Of a DNA stretch of 64,000 nt, positions 61,491 through 64,000 are shown in pieces; position 1 is the stretch's first letter, and each line of letters starts with the position of its first letter. Source of the DNA: a virus. The DNA is taken from positions 32,001-96,000 of the IMG/VR virus record IMGVR_UViG_3300020045_011333; one strand, given 5' to 3'. The translations under genes and the position numbers were made by a program. The notes below the pieces were generated by a model that saw only the letters and a program-made list of their open reading frames with translations, did not search any database and was not told the origin of the DNA.

Positions 61491-64000
61491 ATATAATTCC
61501 CTAATTGGCAATTTTAAAAAAATAGACTACCATTGCGGTGAAACTTATTACGAAGTTGCTGATAGATTAGGTGCGCCTTATAATTCCCAACCAATTGTAT
61601 GTATAAGAAATGGTGAACCGGTCCTAAGAAAAGATTGGGACAAGCCGCTAGGAATGGCTAAAGATCAAATAAGCTTTGTTCAAATTCCTCGCGGCGGGGG
61701 CAGCGGAATGTTGAAAAATATTCTTAGAACTATCGCGTTGATTGCGCTCGCTGTAGCCGTCCCTTATTTAGGGATACCAGCAATGCTAGGCGTTGGAGCA
61801 GGCATTGGAGCTAACTTAATTAATGCCGGTATTATCTTAGCTGGTACATTTCTTATAAATGCTTTCATGACACCTAAAGCACCAGCTTTATCAAATAATA
61901 CTTCTTTGGAAGCTAGTCCCACTTACAGTTTAGGTGCCTCAGGCAATCAAGCGCGTCTATTAAACCCCATCCCAAGGCTTTATGGCACTCATATTTTATA
62001 TCCAGATTTTGCTTCACAACCTTATCAAAGTTATGAGAATAACGAACAATACCTATATCAGTTATTCTGTTTAGGGGTAGGCGAATATGACCTTAAATCT
62101 ATTAGTATTGCCGAAACAGAATTATGGAATAGTACGTCTGGCATAAGTGGATCATTTAACGATGTGGAGTTAGAAATAATTCCTCCCGGTAATAGTGTTA
62201 CTTTGTTTCCTTCTAATGTCATAAGTTCGGCTGAAGTTTCTGGACAAGAACTTCGCAATGAACCTGCCCTTGTGTCTGTAACTATTTCGGGTAATAGAGT
62301 GACTTTCACTGAGAGTCTATTCAAGGTCGAGTACTTGGCTCCCGGCGATAAAATGCTGATTGTATATCCAGACAACACTCCTATTGGTGTGTTTACTATA
62401 ACAGACTTAGATGTTGTAGGAAAAATGTGGATTGAATTTAATACCATATTTCCAACTCAGTCAACTCCTGTAGTAAGAGGTTTTATTCTTGATGGATGGG
62501 TAGGCCCATTCGTAGCCAATCCAAGTAATAGAGCTACGAATCAATTAAAAATTGATGTGGTACTTCCTCGTGGTTTATTTTATGCTAACGACGAAGGAGG
62601 ATATAACAACGACTCTTTGAGTTATATAGTGCAAATTAGGCCTATAAATAATTTAGGTGTGCCACTTAGTGATTACGTTACTGTGTTAACAGAAACAATT
62701 ACTCTAGCCACGCCCACACCTCAAAGATTCACAAAAACTATTGACGTTTCACTAGGACGTTATGAAGTTAGAATGCAAAGAACTGACGGTAAGGAACACG
62801 ATTCTAGATATGGTAATGATCTTAATTGGCAGTCCCTAAGAGCCTTCATCCCCGATGATAATACATATGAAGATGTAACTCTTCTAGCTATGAAAATTAG
62901 AGCCTCAAATCAGCTTAGCAGTCAAAGCTCTACTCAAGTTAATACAGTACAGACCGCTAAAATTCCGGTTTGGAATGGCTCTACTTGGTCAGGCCCTCAA
63001 GCGACTGCAAGTCCTGCTTGGGCGGCTGCGGATGTATTAAGAAATACTGTATATGGCGCTGGTATGGCTGATGAGAGTATTGATCTAGCCAAGCTATTAG
63101 ATTTAGATGCTACTTATACAGCTAGAGGAGACAAGTTTAACGGTGTATTTGATACTACGCAAACTCTTTGGGAAGCTTTAAGCTCTGTATTAGCTTCGGT
63201 AAGAACGCAACCTATATTAGTTGCTGGTGTAGTTACGTTTGTCAGGGATCAGCCTAGATCACTGGCTAGAACTGTTATTACTCCTCAATCTATTCTTAAA
63301 AATTCATTCGAAACAACTCATATTCAAAAAGGCGCTGATAGTGCTGATGATGTTATTGTAGAATTTTTAGATGAAAATACATGGGAAGAGACAGAAGTTC
63401 AGTGTACTCTACCGGGATCAACTTCCTCACAACCAGCTAGAATTAAGATTTTTGGTGTAACCAATATATCTCAAGCTTGGCGCGAAGGTATGTATTATGC
63501 AGCTTCCAATTCATACAGACGAGTTTTAGCTACTGTTTCTACTGAATGTGACGGCAGATTACTTTTAAAAGGTGATCCGGTTATTGTTAGCCATGATATG
63601 CTGCAATGGTCACAAAGTGGGTATGTCATGGACTATCTCTCATTAGAAAAATCTTTGATTGTGGATCGGCCAGTAATTTTTGATGATACTAATCAAAACT
63701 ATATCTCTCTGAGAAGAAAAGATGGGAAAGAATTTGGTCCTATCGAGGTGTCTTCGAACGGGTATGAGAACGAGATAGTTTTAGATTCTGCTTCACTCAA
63801 TGCTGCGGAAATATCTCTGGGACTGACTTTAGCTGAAGTATTATCTATTGATGATGAAGCTAAACGTACAACATTTATCATGTATGATAGTGAAAGGTAC
63901 AAGAAGAAATTTCTTGTCGTAGGCTCCACTATGAGAGACATGAATAAAGTTGACCTTTCTTTAGCTATTGATGATCCAAGAGTTTATAGTGCAGATACTG
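61483..64000 (+). CDS. Tail tip/host-specificity protein (fused gpI/gpJ-like), truncated by the window end
   Basis: Open frame from ATG 61483; PTYSL...NQAR...PIP..YG....PD; later AWREG motif. Confidence 0.85.
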   Translation, partial: MIEYNSLIGNFKKIDYHCGETYYEVADRLGAPYNSQPIVCIRNGEPVLRKDWDKPLGMAKDQISFVQIPRGGGSGMLKNILRTIALIALAVAVPYLGIPAMLGVGAGIGANLINAGIILAGTFLINAFMTPKAPALSNNTSLEASPTYSLGASGNQARLLNPIPRLYGTHILYPDFASQPYQSYENNEQYLYQLFCLGVGEYDLKSISIAETELWNSTSGISGSFNDVELEIIPPGNSVTLFPSNVISSAEVSGQELRNEPALVSVTISGNRVTFTESLFKVEYLAPGDKMLIVYPDNTPIGVFTITDLDVVGKMWIEFNTIFPTQSTPVVRGFILDGWVGPFVANPSNRATNQLKIDVVLPRGLFYANDEGGYNNDSLSYIVQIRPINNLGVPLSDYVTVLTETITLATPTPQRFTKTIDVSLGRYEVRMQRTDGKEHDSRYGNDLNWQSLRAFIPDDNTYEDVTLLAMKIRASNQLSSQSSTQVNTVQTAKIPVWNGSTWSGPQATASPAWAAADVLRNTVYGAGMADESIDLAKLLDLDATYTARGDKFNGVFDTTQTLWEALSSVLASVRTQPILVAGVVTFVRDQPRSLARTVITPQSILKNSFETTHIQKGADSADDVIVEFLDENTWEETEVQCTLPGSTSSQPARIKIFGVTNISQAWREGMYYAASNSYRRVLATVSTECDGRLLLKGDPVIVSHDMLQWSQSGYVMDYLSLEKSLIVDRPVIFDDTNQNYISLRRKDGKEFGPIEVSSNGYENEIVLDSASLNAAEISLGLTLAEVLSIDDEAKRTTFIMYDSERYKKKFLVVGSTMRDMNKVDLSLAIDDPRVYSADT

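Noticed and set aside
44667-64000. Genome-wide TAG reassignment (code 15) implied by the CUA tRNA
   Set aside because: Portal, capsid, tail, tape measure and terminase frames are full length in code 11 with no internal TAG

Overview
A 64-kb segment of an AT-rich, large tailed-phage genome (siphovirus), most likely infecting Alphaproteobacteria. Host clues are DUF1127 and DUF3309 genes, GTTC-N7-GTTC LexA-type boxes and a tRNA-His lacking G-1. There are four zones. (1) 0.3-8.4 kb, minus strand: Zn-finger/pentapeptide protein, RuvC-like resolvase, terminase small and large subunits, HNH endonucleases, a Fet4-like permease, and an unannotated 53-aa ArfA-like ORF whose stop codon lies beyond an intrinsic terminator. 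(2) 9.0-24.9 kb, plus strand: about 45 small hypothetical early/host-takeover genes with many sigma70 promoters, flanked by C/G-run repeat islands (candidate long terminal repeat). It also holds a ~360-nt structured ncRNA, three tandem LexA-type boxes, two paralogous leftward small-RNA units and a 740-bp non-coding repeat region. (3) 25-44.6 kb: accessory virion/receptor-binding genes (beta-helix spikes, Gly-rich fibre), a serine protease, a Cys-less thioredoxin, and an array of 18 tRNAs (one best read as CUA/amber) plus tRNA-like elements, interleaved with a second tailspike, SpeD, vWA and GIY-YIG genes. (4) 44.7-64 kb: portal, scaffold, major capsid, PhoH, neck and tail genes, -1 frameshifted tail chaperones, tape measure and tail-tip genes. 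No integrase, CRISPR array, rRNA or reverse transcriptase was seen. All family assignments come from motif recognition by eye, not database searches.
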